From the NCBI GenBank assembly GCA_000708835.1, contig DF236996.1, forward strand, positions 92,397 through 156,396: a stretch of DNA of 64,000 nt. The letters are read 5' to 3'. The translations under genes and the position numbers were made by a program. Below are positions 43,900 through 58,800 of this stretch, piece after piece. How positions within the stretch are numbered: position 1 is the first letter of the stretch; every line of letters begins with the position of its first letter. This stretch comes from Klebsormidium nitens. Taxonomy: Eukaryota; Plantae; Klebsormidiophyceae. The notes under the pieces are model-generated. The model had not been told where the DNA came from and made no database searches. It was given only the letters and a program-made list of their open reading frames with translations.

Positions 43900-46800
43900 T
43901 GACTGTTCGGAAGCAGCTCACTCAACATCGTTAGCTTCAGCAACGGAACAGGATTTAGAATCAGAGAGTCCGAGCCTCCGTGAAAGCATAAGAGGGACGC
44001 AAAGAAAAGGAGCCAGCATCAGAGCCAGTTCCGGACAATTTTGACACTATAAGTGGAATGCAATGAGCGAAATAAGCAGGAAGGGTACGTTGTACGCTGG
44101 ACGGCTCTGTTCCAAAAGACTGTGGATGCTTGCGACACAACACGATCGCAGCAGCGGGGTCATCACAGCCGTCCGATGTTTTTACGATCTTGCGTATTTT
44201 CACAGTATGCTCTGAACGTCTCTAAGATTTAGGGCGATCCAGGAAGTTTTTTCCTTGCCACACTTCTCCTGTCTTTCTTCTCAGAAGGTAGTGAAGACTA
44301 CGATCAGAAAGAGTTCCGTGTCTCAACCAGTACCTCAGAATGCACAAACAGCGGAATGGCCACCGAAATGAGCGGCAGAAAAACAGAAAGACAGGCGCAT
44401 CAGCGACGCCCAGATAACGCAGCTGCTGATATTTCTGTAGGAACGACGCCGCTCTTCTTTTACATTTTTGAAAGCGGACCCCGGCCCGCTCAGTAGGCTA
44501 CAGCAAATCTATAAGCCTTCGCCTGAACGGATAGATTCAGACGTTCTCTTTTAAAGTCCTCTTCGTACGAGCTGACCTGCGCCTAGTAGACGGGCCGTCT
44601 AAGGACTCTGGACAGTCTTTCCGCGTCTAAGCACAAATTCAAAGCGACGTACTCATCTTGAAGGGATGCTCGGAACGCAATTCCGGAGAAGACGAATGAC
44701 ACCAAGCATTAAAAGGACCGGGCGAAGCAAAACGACGTCCTCAAGAGGGAACGGAGGCTTGCTATGAACGGCTCAGTAAAGCAGCTGCTTTCATGGGCCA
44801 AAGAAAATTGGGCCAAGAAGATTTACAGCTCCCAAAGCCATCATAGCCCTTGTCTTGGTTGTTTCCGCCCATTCCTCTAGTGTCTCTAACGCCCGCATGA
44901 GGAAGGTGCAGATCCAAGCTGAACGATCACCACCATACTGGACTTGACTTGATTGCTACCAGCAGAATGCTCAATGACGAGATAACAAGTGCTGGAGAAT
45001 GATTTAACCCTTTTGGCAAAAGTGATTGTGAACTGGTCCGCTGCTGAGAAGGCAAACGAAAATATAAGCGAAAAAAGAGACGGGGAAGGCGTATGTTCTC
45101 GAACAACGTCATGACTCAGCAGTAAAGAGCGATAATCTTTAGAGAACGTCATCTTCGCGGCTGATACACAAGATGAATCTGGACTGTGGGATGTACATCA
45201 CGTTCGGAAGCATCTCAATGAATAGCAAGAGCTGAATAAAAACCTAAGAGCCCATTCTGGAGCAATGGCAAAAGCATAAGTTGCACGCAAACGAGCTGTA
45301 AAGCGTGAATTGTGGATTGTTGCATTTTCTGCATGGATGGCTCCGTCCAAGCAGAAGGCTTGATTGCAACGCAGCGTGGTCGCAGCAGCTTCATTCGTCA
45401 CAGCCGTCCAAAGTGTAGTCTGCGTAGCACAATCCCCTCTCGACGTTTGTCTAAAAATATAAAGCATTCAGAAAGCCAGCATCGTGGGCGCTTCTGTTAT
45501 TTCTCCAGGCGACCCAAGTTGTCAGGCTTTGTGCAAAAGAGCGCGTTTCTCCAGCCAATCCAGAAGGCATAGATTGGAACCAATCTGTGCCGGTTGCCGA
45601 CGAGAGAGGATGAAGGAGAGAAAGCACGAGGCGAACCATGGCAGAAAAACATGATGTTGCTTTGTGAGGAGTGCCAAAAGGAACCTCTCACAACAACATT
45701 ATAGACAACTTTGAGGTACTTGACTGAGTCCAAGATAACCAAAGCCTTAACAAAAAAGCGAGACGTATTTGAGTTAAGTTGACCAGCACCTGCACTGGAC
45801 CGGAAAGATCTCTACTACTGTTGTCTGCTCGCGAATGGGCAGTTTTTCAGCACGACGTGGATGCATACGTATCTTGAAGGGGTTGCGAGAAACAGGGTCC
45901 AAGAAATGAGGGAGTCCAAGAAAAGAATCAGGAGGAACGGGCGAAGTATCAGAAGTCCTCGAGAAGAAAAGACGGCTGGCTACAACGGCTCAGGAGAGCA
46001 AAACCCCTCCAAAATTCTTGTGCTAAAAGATACATGCCCAATGCAGCACCCATCAAAGCTCTATATGTACCATGTTTTTCTGGGTTTACTTCGCCCATTA
46101 ATCTTGTGCATCTGACCGTTTATGTAGGTTCCAAGATTCTGATTGGAGTTACCAATGGTATATGGTCTCAGATTCTATGCTAGCTACCGCCCGATTCAAC
46201 CTCCCTGGATTGTAAAAGTTGCGTCTTTCAGATGCAAAGGAGGAAACGGAAGGGTCAGCGTTCTGCCGACAATTTGACTGCAAATCGTCCCTACGGGTGG
46301 CAAACCGGAAGCACAGAGACGCGCCGTCCAGAATAGTAAAATCCACCTGAGCGACCCGCCTTAACGGCACCTCGAACGCCAATCGTTCGCTTTTGCAGGC
46401 TCAGCTTGCTGACGACATTTCTGGCATTCCCTTTTTGCCAGCATTTCATAGCTTATCGTCACAGCCCTGAACTCAACCATGCGGCGCTCCACTCAAGGAC
46501 GTGAGTCGCTGCACCTATTGTGGCACTCCGCGTTTTGTTGAACGACCATAGCCGTTGGACAAGCCTTCAGAATCTCTGACGGCTGCACAGTCGGACTTTG
46601 AGAGCTGTAACGCAGATCGAGTGGCGTTAAATTCTACAAGATTTAGTGGAGACGCTCGCAATGTAGAATCCCGACCGGACTGAGCTTCGGTGCTTGCGGC
46701 TCAGACAGTCGTAGCTCTGGCAAAGGGCAATTGACCAGCCAACGCTCGCTGACTTCCTCCTAGCCCTTGAAGCCCTTCGTTTCCGACATGAGTTTGGTCG

Positions 46801-49800
46801 CTGCCTTTACGCTTGGTCAACATCTCGCAAAATCTGCCAGCCAATTGGAAAAAGGAAGGTTTCAGTAACAGCCGGCGCCGATTTCTGTACTCTAACAAGT
46901 CATGAGAAGCAGGTTCGTCGAGCGGGTACAAAAAGCCGTCATTTTAGTAATTACGGACTTATAACGGGCAACTTCGACCTTTGGCCCACGCCGTCTCTGA
47001 GCTTGTACCTTACCGCAAGTGAGTCGGACCACCCACCTCGAACATTGGTCGTCAGGTCCCTTACCAAGTATCAATGATACCATTTTGACCACCGAACGAG
47101 AATCGCTTTAGGCAAGTGTCAGAAAATGTTTCTGAGACAGTACTATCATGTGTCACGTTTGCCGCATCACAAGGGTCAAGACGGATTTCGGACAGCTGTG
47201 CAGTAACTTCTTTTTGAACGAAATCTTCAGTGGTTCAAGGCGGGGGGGGGATCATCCGACTCGCTATCAAAGAAGTCATCCTTCTGGTGCAGTGGATGCG
47301 AAAACGAAGCAACGAACACAAGTTCGCCCGGACTTCAGATCAAAAAGCGGTTGATGCCGAATCTGGCAAACGAGAATGACTGACAAAGCCGACGAATTGT
47401 TTATCAGTTGCGAACCTCGATGAGCCACTCCAAGCACACTTCTATCGCACGGCTCAGCCCTCGTCGACCCTGCTGAGCACATACTGCCCAGGTATTGAAA
47501 ACATCAGAGCCGGCCCTTGAAAGGAATCAATCTATATGTCCGCTGAACTTCAGGACCGTGTATTTCTGGCGCAAGTGACCACCGTGCTCTTTTCCACTCA
47601 ACGCCCCGGGAAGTTCAAGTTGAAGATGGTCGCTCCGGGTAGAGCAGCGAGCCTGACAATCGCAGAGTCCGGATCTCCGGATGGCCCTTCTTTAAGCGGC
47701 ATCGAAAAAGAAGTGCACCAGAGGAAAGCCCTGCCAAATGCCCACAATAATGATCGACCAGAGCGACGTCGCTGCATTGGATGGGATTGCAGGGGAGAGC
47801 TAAATTCAGACAATCAACGCAAGAGCTGTTTGAGGCAGGCGAATCGTATAAATGACTCCGGTTCGGTTAGTTCGCTTTGAGGTCGAGTGAAGCGCTTCGG
47901 GTCAATGTCACCCTCAATACATTCTAAAGAGCACCGCTTGGAAAACGGCAACAAATTCCTCGCATTTGATGCCCAATATCAGAAGGTTAAGAAGGGCTTT
48001 TTAAGTGTTGGAATGCTTGACGTTTTGGGTTGAGGCGTACGTTCTCCTCAAACATCCAGCTAGAAATTCTTATTGCCCCTTTGGAAAACTTCCAACATCG
48101 TCATCAATTTGCCCAGGGTGTTCCACGTAAGTATTCCAGACTGAAACGAAATAGGCCTCAAGCACTGCACGCGTCTGTGGCGCTGTCTTGTCAATTCTTA
48201 ATTGCGGTTTGCAAGAGTCTTGCTGTGCCAATCTACAATGTTTCCGAACCACAGCAAACTGCTCGATGCTCCGAGTCTTAGTAGACCAAACTTAAATTCC
48301 ATGTTTGAATGCTTTAAAGCACTGAGAATACACCAGCAGACGTGACGGAACAGACCGAGCGTCGGGCGAGTGGGCAATGAGTACTGGATCGCCGGCCTAA
48401 GCCACCAGCTACTGGGCTGGCAAAATACGATTCAGCAGGCTTGTCACGTCCGTAATTGCCACACCTCACAAATTTCAGTCAAAGCACGTTGCAATCTGCT
48501 CGACTGGATACCGAGTCCGGGTTTGAACAACCAGCCGGCGACCCCACTGACTCTTTGCGATGGCCCACCAAAGGTCTGGGCAAAGGAACAGATGGGGCTT
48601 GGCCCGAAAATACTAGCTTTACACTTGCACTAAGCTCTACTTTTGAGGGGGACTGAAGCCGCTGCCATTCAGTTCAAAGGTGAGAGTTTGCAGGCACCGA
48701 ATGAACGAGTCTTTTGGAGATTTGACGGTACGGGAAGATTGAACCGTTCACAGAAGTCGCTCAGCGTTTTCCGGAGTGCCGCCCAAGTTCCCCGAGCGAT
48801 TATGCGGATGCAAAACCTCGCCAGAGCGACGAGAACATCTTGCCATGTCAGCGAGAGCTAGAGCGCTTATCAGAGCTTGCACTGGGAAGGAATCATGCAT
48901 GCAATCAAGCGAGCTGCGGGCTCAAAAGTCATGGAAAATTGGTGAAAGGGGATGAGGAACACAGTTTTCACTCCCTTTCCACAAGCAAATCCGGTCGTAA
49001 GCTAAGAAACCTGAGAAAGGCGTACTTGGGTACATTATGGGGGAGCGTGAGGGCTTCATTTCAGCAGAAGCGAGGGCCAGGTAAACAGAACAAAGTAACA
49101 GTCAATCCGGACCCAGAATATCAAGAGCTTCAAGAGAAGATCGAGAGCCCGTTCTGAGCAGTCGTGAAATGATAAGAAGAACGCGCGCATCGCTTACTTC
49201 TTCGCAGGGACGGCTCCGTCCCATACGGAGATCGACTGGCTTGCGACACATCACGGTCGCAGCAGCTGCTTCATCACAGCCGTCCACGTCTTCCATAAGC
49301 GTGCCCACTTTCGCAAATCTACCTTACATATGGAAAGTGTCAAGAGCGACTTAGAAAGATGCCACCATGGCGCTTCTTCTGTTCCTCGCAGAAGGTCGTA
49401 AGTACGGGCTCTTTGCAAAATGGTTTCGTTTTTCTGAAGAACCTCAGAGTGGACCAGCCCGTCGGAACGAGCAATTAAACGCAGACATAAGCGAGAGGCA
49501 TAAGCTCTTTCCAGAGAACGGTACTGATCCTGATACACATGTATGGACTGCAAGCACGATTCTCACTGGAGGTCAACAAGATTGTTTGAAAGCCGACTCG
49601 GCACAGCATGCCTTAGCAAAAGCCTTTGCCTGCCTCCATATTGTCACAATTGGCGCTAAGGTTTTTCCACGCAAGTTAATGAGACCCGAGAATGGGCGTT
49701 TAGGTGCCTACTTTCATTGCCTGAAAAGCAGTGCTTCGATGCAACGTGCACGCCGCCCTTTTGGAAGGTCAAGCCCGTGGTACAAACTGACCCGAGCGGC

Positions 49801-52800
49801 AGGATCACTGTTAGGTATTGGTTTAGAACGAGAAAACAATCCTTAGAGAATCTTCAACGACCGTTGCAAGTTTTCCTTGAGACTCAAAACGAAACACAGA
49901 AGATTCAGCAGCATTTTGCCTCGACATGACGTTGAATGGTTGAAAGCGCTTGCAGCCAAAAGCCAATCGACGCGCCGTCTGGGGTTCGATTGGCCAGCGC
50001 AACCGCATAGATGGCACCCAGAGCGTAGTCTATCACTGTTGCTGGCTTAGGTTGCTACTTCGTGTGACAATCTCTAGTTGCCAGGAGTTGGTAGCTTATC
50101 ATCACAGCCCTGACCTATTATGCGACACTCCCACTGGAGGACCTGAGTTCCCGCATTACTTGTGGCACTCCGCATCTGATGCCACGACCATAGCCGCTGG
50201 ACAAGCCTCTGATTGCTATAACGGCCGCACAAACGATACTTTGATGCCGTAATCAAAGTCCAGGGGCGATAAGAGCGATCAAACGGTGAGGCCCCCGAAC
50301 TGGCAGCTTGAGTGGTCCTTTCCGAGATGCTCGATCTTCACTAGAGGCGGCTCAGAAAGTCGTCCAAGATACGCTGATGACGGACGACCGACCAGCCAAC
50401 GCTGTTTGGCTTCCTCATAGCCCAAGGACTTTTTTGTTTTCGTAGTCGAGATTCTATTGGGCGACTCAGACGTGTGTGGTGATGCCATGGTTGAGCTTTG
50501 TACCTTACCACAGGTACGGACTCACCCACCTCAAACCGTGGTCGTCAGGGCCCTTACTTATCTTTGACAAAAAACCTTGACAACGTTTGTCTGACTCAAT
50601 CATCGAACGGGATGGCTCAAAGCATGTTATCATGCCATCGGGATCAAAAAGCGCTCTATGATTGTGTGATGTTGTGTCATGGCCCAATACATGGTCGAGA
50701 TGAATTCCGCACAGCTGCCGGTTCGCTCCTTTCTCGGCAATCAAATCTCAGCACTGTTGAATCCTGCCATGCTTCTGACTCGCTCGTAGAGAAGCTGCCG
50801 AAAGTGGCTGTCGCAGTGGATGCGAAAACGAAACGACGTAGCCGAGCTGGCGGCGAATCCACAGCAAATAAAGAAAGGATGTCTGATTCAAACAGCGGAC
50901 ATTTCGGGTAAGGCACTCCAAGCGCCGTCTATCGGGCGGCTCAGTTTTCATGGCTGCTTGAGCCCATACTGCCCAGTCATCAGGTACTGAGAACATCAGA
51001 GCCGGCCCTAGGAATGATTTCACTTCTGCTTGCTGAACAAGGATCGAACATCTCTACTGAGTCCGCTCATCAGAAAGTGACCGTCGTTTCTGCTCAACTG
51101 GAGCGGAACATGGTCATCTTCGACAATGCGAGACAAATGCCGAGTCTATCGTAGACAAGAAAAGTTTCCAGATAGAGGCTGTGTCCGAGCAAGAAGAGGC
51201 CTACTGGATGGTAGAAACCGTCCTGAAAAATTGAAGCGGGTGACGTGGCGCCCATAATTGTGATCTGAGAGGTTGCAACGCATTATTTTGAACGGACATT
51301 CCGTGTCCCCAAAATTATCGGTCACACGCTCAGACGGAAAGAAACGGGAAGAGCTGCGTGGCAGATGGTCTCTTAAGGGACGCAAGAGGAATAGATAAAC
51401 AAGTACAAGTGATCTTAAGAACAATCAGATCAATGATCTTCATCGCTTTGACTGATTCAGGATGAATTGAAAGACGGCTCTGGGCTTAAAAGGGCTGTGG
51501 CCGTAAATCCAACGCAATCTCACGAAATCTCGTCACGACCCTGTCTCTAGTCTCCATGGAACCCCCGTGAAAGATATTTGGCGGCACCTTCAGCGACAAA
51601 TTTCGTGCAATAACCAAATCGCCGACCCGTATAAGGAGGGCAGGTGGTCAGATTGTGCTACTCCAGGAGATTCCGCCCGCCGCGAATCAGCAAGAGTCTG
51701 CCGCACACTGAGAGACTTCTGCCGAAGCTCGACTCCCACGAACTAGATGGAGTTCCGTTTTTACGAAGTTAAGCCGATCCAATATTCCTTCACAACAGCG
51801 CCCACAAAAGGGAGCGGCAACCATGTGTGGAACCTTCCGAGACTTTGGGGTGGAGATTTTCACCAAACTGCACACAAAACCAAGCGCCAGATGCTCATCG
51901 TAGAGAAGAGTCAAAATGGATCCGAGTATCAGGATGCATAACTGGATTTTGGTACACGTTACATGGCCGAGCTGACGTGACGACACAGACCCTAGCGTCG
52001 GGTGATTAGGAAACATAGTGGCTCGCATGCAGACCGCGGGAAACAGCCTCTGGGCAAACAAATGAGCCCAGCGGACTTTTCGAAGTCATCATTGCCATTT
52101 TCGACCGTTTAAGATTGGTAGAAAGCAAATCGCTTTCTGCTTCAAGCATGAAAAAGAAAGAGTGCCACAGGTTCAGATGTAATCGACCAGCCTACGCCAT
52201 TCATTTTGACCCTTTTCGATGGCCGATTGCAGTCGTGTTCCTGAAATGGTGCAGAATCCCGTTGAAACTCGGTCTCAACCTACCAGGCTGACACTTGCAC
52301 CAAGTCCTGACCTTGAGAGAATCCGGAACCCCAGCCGCTGCCTCAAAATGGAGTATTGAACGGTTTATCAATGTTCCGTAATATTTTACTAAGTCAAGAG
52401 GCAAGCCAATATTGAACGGTCTAAATGGTAACAACTCGTTTCGAACCAACCAAAGTTGAAGTCCGGGAAGCGTCGTGAAACTGATGGGTCGCTTTGACGG
52501 TAAAAATTAGCAAGCGCAAGCATCGAAAGCCTGGCCTAGAAAGTAAAGGCTCCGGGCGCCAGTGCTTCGAAAGATTGTGGAAGGAATTTGCCTACCTGAT
52601 TGGTTACTCGAATTTTCGCAAAATCCGGTCGTGATCTAAGCAAGTTGGGAAGGGTGTTGTCCGGTGCAGTAGATGGGGAAGCGTAAATTGTTTGTTTCAG
52701 CAGAAGCAAGGTCAGCTGTACGGAACAAAGCGACACTCCTTCCGGTGCCAGAATATCCGGAGCCGTCATATCAGGAGCCGGAATATCAAGAGCCGGACGA

Positions 52801-55800
52801 TCGAATTTAAAGCGGACATTGAGAGCACGTTGTGAACAGTCGTGAATTGACAAGAAGAAGGAGCGCATCGCATACGTCTCCGCATGGACGGCTCCGTTAC
52901 AAACACTGCAAGCAGCTTGCGGTATAGCGCGGTCGCAGCAGCGGCTTCTTCACAGCCGTCCACGTGTTCCATAAGCGTGCCCAGATCGCAAATCACCAAT
53001 TAAGTGAAGAACACATAAACAGCGACACAGATGCTACCATGGCGCTTTCTTTGTTTCTCTCAGAAGGTCGTTACTATGGGTTTTTTGACAAATTGGTCCC
53101 ATTCTAGATGAAGAACCTCAAAGCGGACCAGCCCGTCGAAACGAGTAGGTGCACGCAGATCTAAACGAGAGGCATAAGCCATTCCCAGAGAACGGTACTG
53201 CTGATATAAACTGCAAGCACAATCCGCACTGGAGCTTCAATAAGAGTACATGGAAGGCGACTCCGCACGGCAGGCCTCAGCAAAAGCCCTCGCCTGCTTC
53301 AATACTCTTACTCTTCTTGGTAAGGGCTTTTCGCTTACGTTAATCAAAACCGAGAATGAGCGCCTAGGTGCCTACTTTGCACGCAAATAAGCAGTGCTTG
53401 ATACGACGCACGTGCTGCCATATACTGGAGGGGATGCTAGAGCCAAATCCCAGAAGCGAGGAATTTTTTGAGAGGCACTGAAAGAAGCAGGCGAAGCGGA
53501 GGACGTCCTTAAAAACAAGAAAGGCGGTTGACTGTGGACGGCCCAGTAGAGAATCAGCACCTCGAGATTATTGAGCCGAAAGAGACGGGCCCAATACACC
53601 ACTACCATCAGAGCCCTACTTAGGAATGATCTTACTTCTCTTTGCCCATCATCCATCTGGTGCTTCTGACCCGCGGCACATGAAGGTACAAACTGATCCG
53701 AGCGAAATGGTCACCGGTGAACGTTGGGCTGGAAACAAGAAACATTCCTCAGCAACCTTTTTACGATTGTTGCGTCCTTTTCCAACTCCAGAATGCGACA
53801 AATAATCAGCGTTGCGCGTGCGATTTGTGAAAAATAATAAGGGCTGGCAATCCGAATTCCCAATGATGCGCCGTCCAGAGTGAGATCGGCCTGCGCGACT
53901 GCAGAAACGGCGCCACGAGCGATTTATTACCACTTTCGCTGGCTCGGCTCGCTACGAACCTGTGACAATCCCTTTTTGCCAGCAATTCATAGCTTATCGT
54001 CACAGCCATGAACAAAATGCGACGCTCCCACTCGAACACTTGAGTGCCCGCATCACTTGTGGCATTACGCAATCAATCAGCCGAAGATAGCCGCCGGACA
54101 AGCCTCTGAATCTGATAACGGCTGCGAAAACAAAACTTCAAGGCCGTGTTAGTCAAAGTCGAGGGGCGTCAAGGGTGTCAATACAACGGTGAGAGGAAGC
54201 CCCGAACTGGCAGCTTGAGTGGCCTTTTCCGAGATGCGCTTCGGCATAGACGGCTCAGAAAGTCGTGGAGATAAAGTGTTGACGAAGGACGACCGCTGGC
54301 AAACTTCCGTCATAGCCCCCGGAGATTTATGTCTTCGTAGTCGAAATTCTATTGTGCGACTCAGATGTTTGTGGTGATGCCACCTTTAAGCCTGTGTTTT
54401 ACCGCAGGTACGGACCAACCATGCCTCAAACAGTGGTCGTCAGAGCCCTTACAACCCCCAGTGAAACTCCTTAACAACATTCGTCCAGACTACGATCACC
54501 GAACGGGGATGGCTCAAGGCATGTGATCATGCGTGGATTCAAACCGCTCTAAAACTTCCTTATGTTGTGTCATGATGGGTGCACACAAGGGTCAAGACAA
54601 ATTCCGTACAGCTGTCGGGTAGTCCCTTTCCCGACGACAATGTCAGCACTTTTGAGTTCCGCCATGCTCCTGACTCGCTCGTAGAGAAGCTGCCAAATGG
54701 CTGTCACTGTGGATGCGAGAACGAAGCAATGAGTACGAGCTAGCCCAATTTCGATCAACAAAACATACGATAGAAAAGCGCGTCTAATTCAACCTTTAGA
54801 AAACCTCGGGGGAGCCATTCCACGAACCATTTGTCGGACGGCTCAGCCTTCTTGACGTCCTGAGCAAATACTGCCCAGTTATCAGGTAGTTACAACATCA
54901 GAGCCGGCCCTAGGAATCAGTTCGCAAGACTTCCTTTTCTGCTTGCTGACCAAGGACTGTAGATCTCTGCCGAATCTGCTCATCGGAAACTGACCGTCGT
55001 TCCGCGCAACGGGACCGGAACCTGGTCATTCCGATGAGGCGGCAAGAGATATCATACAATGACTTCAACCGATTAAAAAATTCAGTCGGCAATATAATCA
55101 GTATACGACTGAGATAATACACCCGAGATTCGTAACATCCAGACATTCCTGAAGGCCTCGCCGTTGAGCACTTTCCATACGACATTAATGCCGCTGAGGG
55201 AGAGCCTACGGAAGACCCACGACTGGAGTGGAATCACAGCGACGCTGCGTCAAAGCGGAGCTGCCGACGTGGTACTTCGGATGCAGGCAATACGTGGGTT
55301 AGCGGATCGAGGCAGTCAGGTAAACCTTGCTGAGCCCACTCGAACAGTTTTCATCAAAGAATCAAGTGAAAGCGCTGTGAGTTACTATCATGCTTCAAGG
55401 CGTTTTGATATAAGCACCCCAAAACGATCTACTCTAGAAGCAAAGGGAATCCTTGAGGACAGGGAAAAGATTCTCCGCGTCCAACTGAAGCGTGGCTCAG
55501 AGAAAAACCTTCAAAGGCAAACTGGGTACAAAGGAGGAAGTCTTTCCTAACGACCCAGCGTACATCTTTCATCGCCTCCTAAATTAGAACGACCAATATA
55601 CTAAAACTTCTGTTTTGTCTACACATTTCCTGCAAGTTTCACGCAACCGTCCGCACTAGAAAAGCAGCCTCAAGCACTGCCCAATCATGAGGCGCTGCTT
55701 TCAGTGCTAACAGCCAAATCCACAGAAGTTCGCACTAGCCTAGCGTTTGAATGCGTTGCCGAGGAAGGATATTTCAATCCAGAAACCGGCGTCTTGGAAA

Positions 55801-58800
55801 GTTTTCAAGTCCGCGATAGACTGACATGCGTCTGCGACGGTGATCGAAACGGTTGTAATGTTACCCGTGTCGGGCTTCCAGCATCGTCCACATATTACGT
55901 CAACTGTCAAGCGTCCTTCACTCCACTTACACTCGATAAGCATCGCAGGGCTACCTGCTGAGTTGCGCAGAGCAGACTAATGGCCTTCTCTGATTCGCTC
56001 TGCGTTGTAGCTGATCTGCATTGAGTCTTTTCCCAATCGAAGACCCGAAGTCCTACACCGGTTATGGCAGTCGAGGCGACGATTATTGCCGTAGCACAAG
56101 CCTTTGACGGCAAACCGGCTGCCCAATAGGTTACTCGAAACTGAAATGAAAGTCAGGAATTTTAACAAGAGCTCGCTGACGAACCCAAGAACCCTGATGT
56201 TGAGAACTTATCATTGAAATGCAATTCGATACATGCGGCTCAGGAAGTCATAGTTATACGACAGACTTCGAAGAGGACGCTTATTCCGCCAACGCTTGCT
56301 GACCTCCTTACAGCCATTTGATCCGCTCTTCTTCCAAGCGCGAGTTTGGTGCCTGCTTACGATTGCACTTGGGCAAAAATCACTTCAAGAGCTGCCACCT
56401 ACTTTTGAAGAAATTCTCAGAACCCCGGCGCCAAAAAGTGGGCATTGATAATGCGTTAAAAGCGACTCGGCTTTTGGATGAAAGAATGTTGCTCAACGGC
56501 CTCGAACTAGTGTTGGGCGGGTCTGACGATTTAGAAGAGACGGGATGTGAGCCTGTATGGCAAGTATGGCCCACCTGTCTCAAAGGCCTCTCATCAGAGG
56601 CCTCACAAGCATTCGAGGCCAACCCTACGATCGCAAGCGTTTTGACGAAACTACACAGAAGCATGCATGGGTGTCACCGGGACTTTGACACCAGAGACGA
56701 GCTTGATAACGACGTGGAGCTTGTCCAAAAAGCGGTGTAATACGGCTCCCGAAGAACTTATAAGGGGCTGCGTGCAGTCGTAATCAGATCTGCATGAAGG
56801 GTACAACATCCCTATCAGCACTCGAAATCCCAGTGCCAAAGCATATAGTCAGTCTGGAGGTAGTCAACGAAGCAATCTGCCGTCCTTGTCCATAAAATTG
56901 TGAAGGCTCAGCAGGGCTGAAGGAGCAGTGAGACTTGCATGCGCCCATCGCAAACCGCTCGCCTCATAGCCATTTATAAAACTTCGTAAAATTCCCCGCA
57001 ACGTTTCAGTATTATTGACACACTCACGCACTCGCTGGCTCCAATCCGGTTGGCAGTCTGGAGTACGTGAAATGGGTTCCGCCTTCCGTATCAGTCGCTT
57101 CAAGCACGCAATACAATATCAACAGGGAACAACAACGACCAGTGGGCAGATTTGCCGGCCCTAAGATGCGAGAAGCAACGTACGTCCCGTAATGTCCGAG
57201 CGCTGGCCCAAAACATACTCCGACACTGCGCGTCGGACGAAAATCATCAGCCTCTGGACTTCCGATTTCGGCTAGAGTGTACATGAGCTGCACATTCGAG
57301 TTTGTACCATGCCGCGCAAGAAGCCGCTGTCGTTCAACCCGGGCAAGTAGCGACATTGAACACTACGAAGGAAAGGGATCTGCTCCAGACGATGAGTGCA
57401 TTCAGAAGAGAGACTGGACGTCAGACACCGTGACGGCCCTGTTTCGAAAGCGACTTGGTATTAGTCAGAGTTGCCACCAAAGGTCGCAGGGCGCACGTCC
57501 CTTCCTAAACCGGCTCAATGACTTGGCAGCTGCCGTGCGACACAACGTGATCGCAGCATCGGCGTTCATCACAGCCTGCCCCCCTTTGGAACTTATCTCA
57601 AGAACGAACAATATTATCATCCGCGGTCATGCCTGTTATCTGCAAAAGGCCTTCCTTCACGCCCTTCGCCAAAGCACTTGCTCAACAGAATCAACACTCT
57701 CAGAGTGCAGAGTCTTAGGCAAGTCTGCCGGAAAAATGAGCGCCGCTGAAAACCAGATCTCGAAAGCGGCAAGAAAGCCATGCCAAGAGCACGAGAACGC
57801 TGGATGCAGTAACTAATATATACCGTCCGCATCGGCTGTCGAGACACACGCTTTCCAAAAAGAGAATCCCGCACAGGCCAAAGCATGCAAGATGTGTAGG
57901 CCTCTCCCTGGTTCGGATTTGAATGACTCGGCTTACATAGCCTTACAGGTTGTAAGCCGACCCGCACCTAGACAGCCAGTCTAGGTGCGCGAGACTGCTC
58001 AAGGAAAAGCAGTGCTCAATGTGACGCACATGCAGATTCCTTTTAAGGAGATCAGAAAAGCTAGCATCCAAGTCACGGAGGAATTATCACACAGACATCC
58101 GAAGGAACGGGCGAAGCAGCATTTCCTCAGGAGAGAGGGCGGCTAGTTAATCGAATGACGTTGCTTGGGCAGAATGATTATAGCCACCATTAAAAACTTT
58201 CATAGCCTTTCCCTATGTCCGTCTTGAGCCAAACGCCTGGGCCTTTGATTACCTCGTGAATTAATCGAAGCTACAGCTTCGCTCAGGCGTCACGAACAGG
58301 GTCTTAGATTCTGATCAGCAGACTATCCTCGAAACCTCGTCTTGCGTCCTTCAAAGTTCAAATCAGATAGTGAAAGACAAAAGAACCAGCACTTTGCTTG
58401 ACTTTGGTCTATGAACCGTAGTGTACGTCAGAATGAGAGAGGGGGTTGGTAAAACACAGTTGGACATCAGCAACAGACCGTGGAGACGAAGGGAACAGAT
58501 ATTACCGACGGCTCAGGAAAGAGAAGGATCTTCTCGTGGGCCTGTACGTTTGACGAACGCTGTGATCAGCCCAACTTCGGCATCAGAGCCAGAATAAGGA
58601 CGGCATCCATGATCAAATCAAAAGATCTGAGATTTGGCGGAATCGAAACGCCGACTTCCAATCTGAAGAACAATGCGCGATTCACTTTTCAAGATTCTCA
58701 ACAGGGCATACGTGCAAATCGAACGCCTCTTTCTGGCTCCTTCAATCGGAGAATGTTAGCGGGACACAGGGAACTCAGCCATCGACACATCTGAACCCTT

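Noticed and set aside
49160-55000. NB-ARC or XPG/PIN nuclease identity for the decayed array
   Set aside because: Only loose look-alikes (VWDGAVPAKK in one copy, WQLLYER). No P-loop or complete catalytic motif set is conserved across copies.
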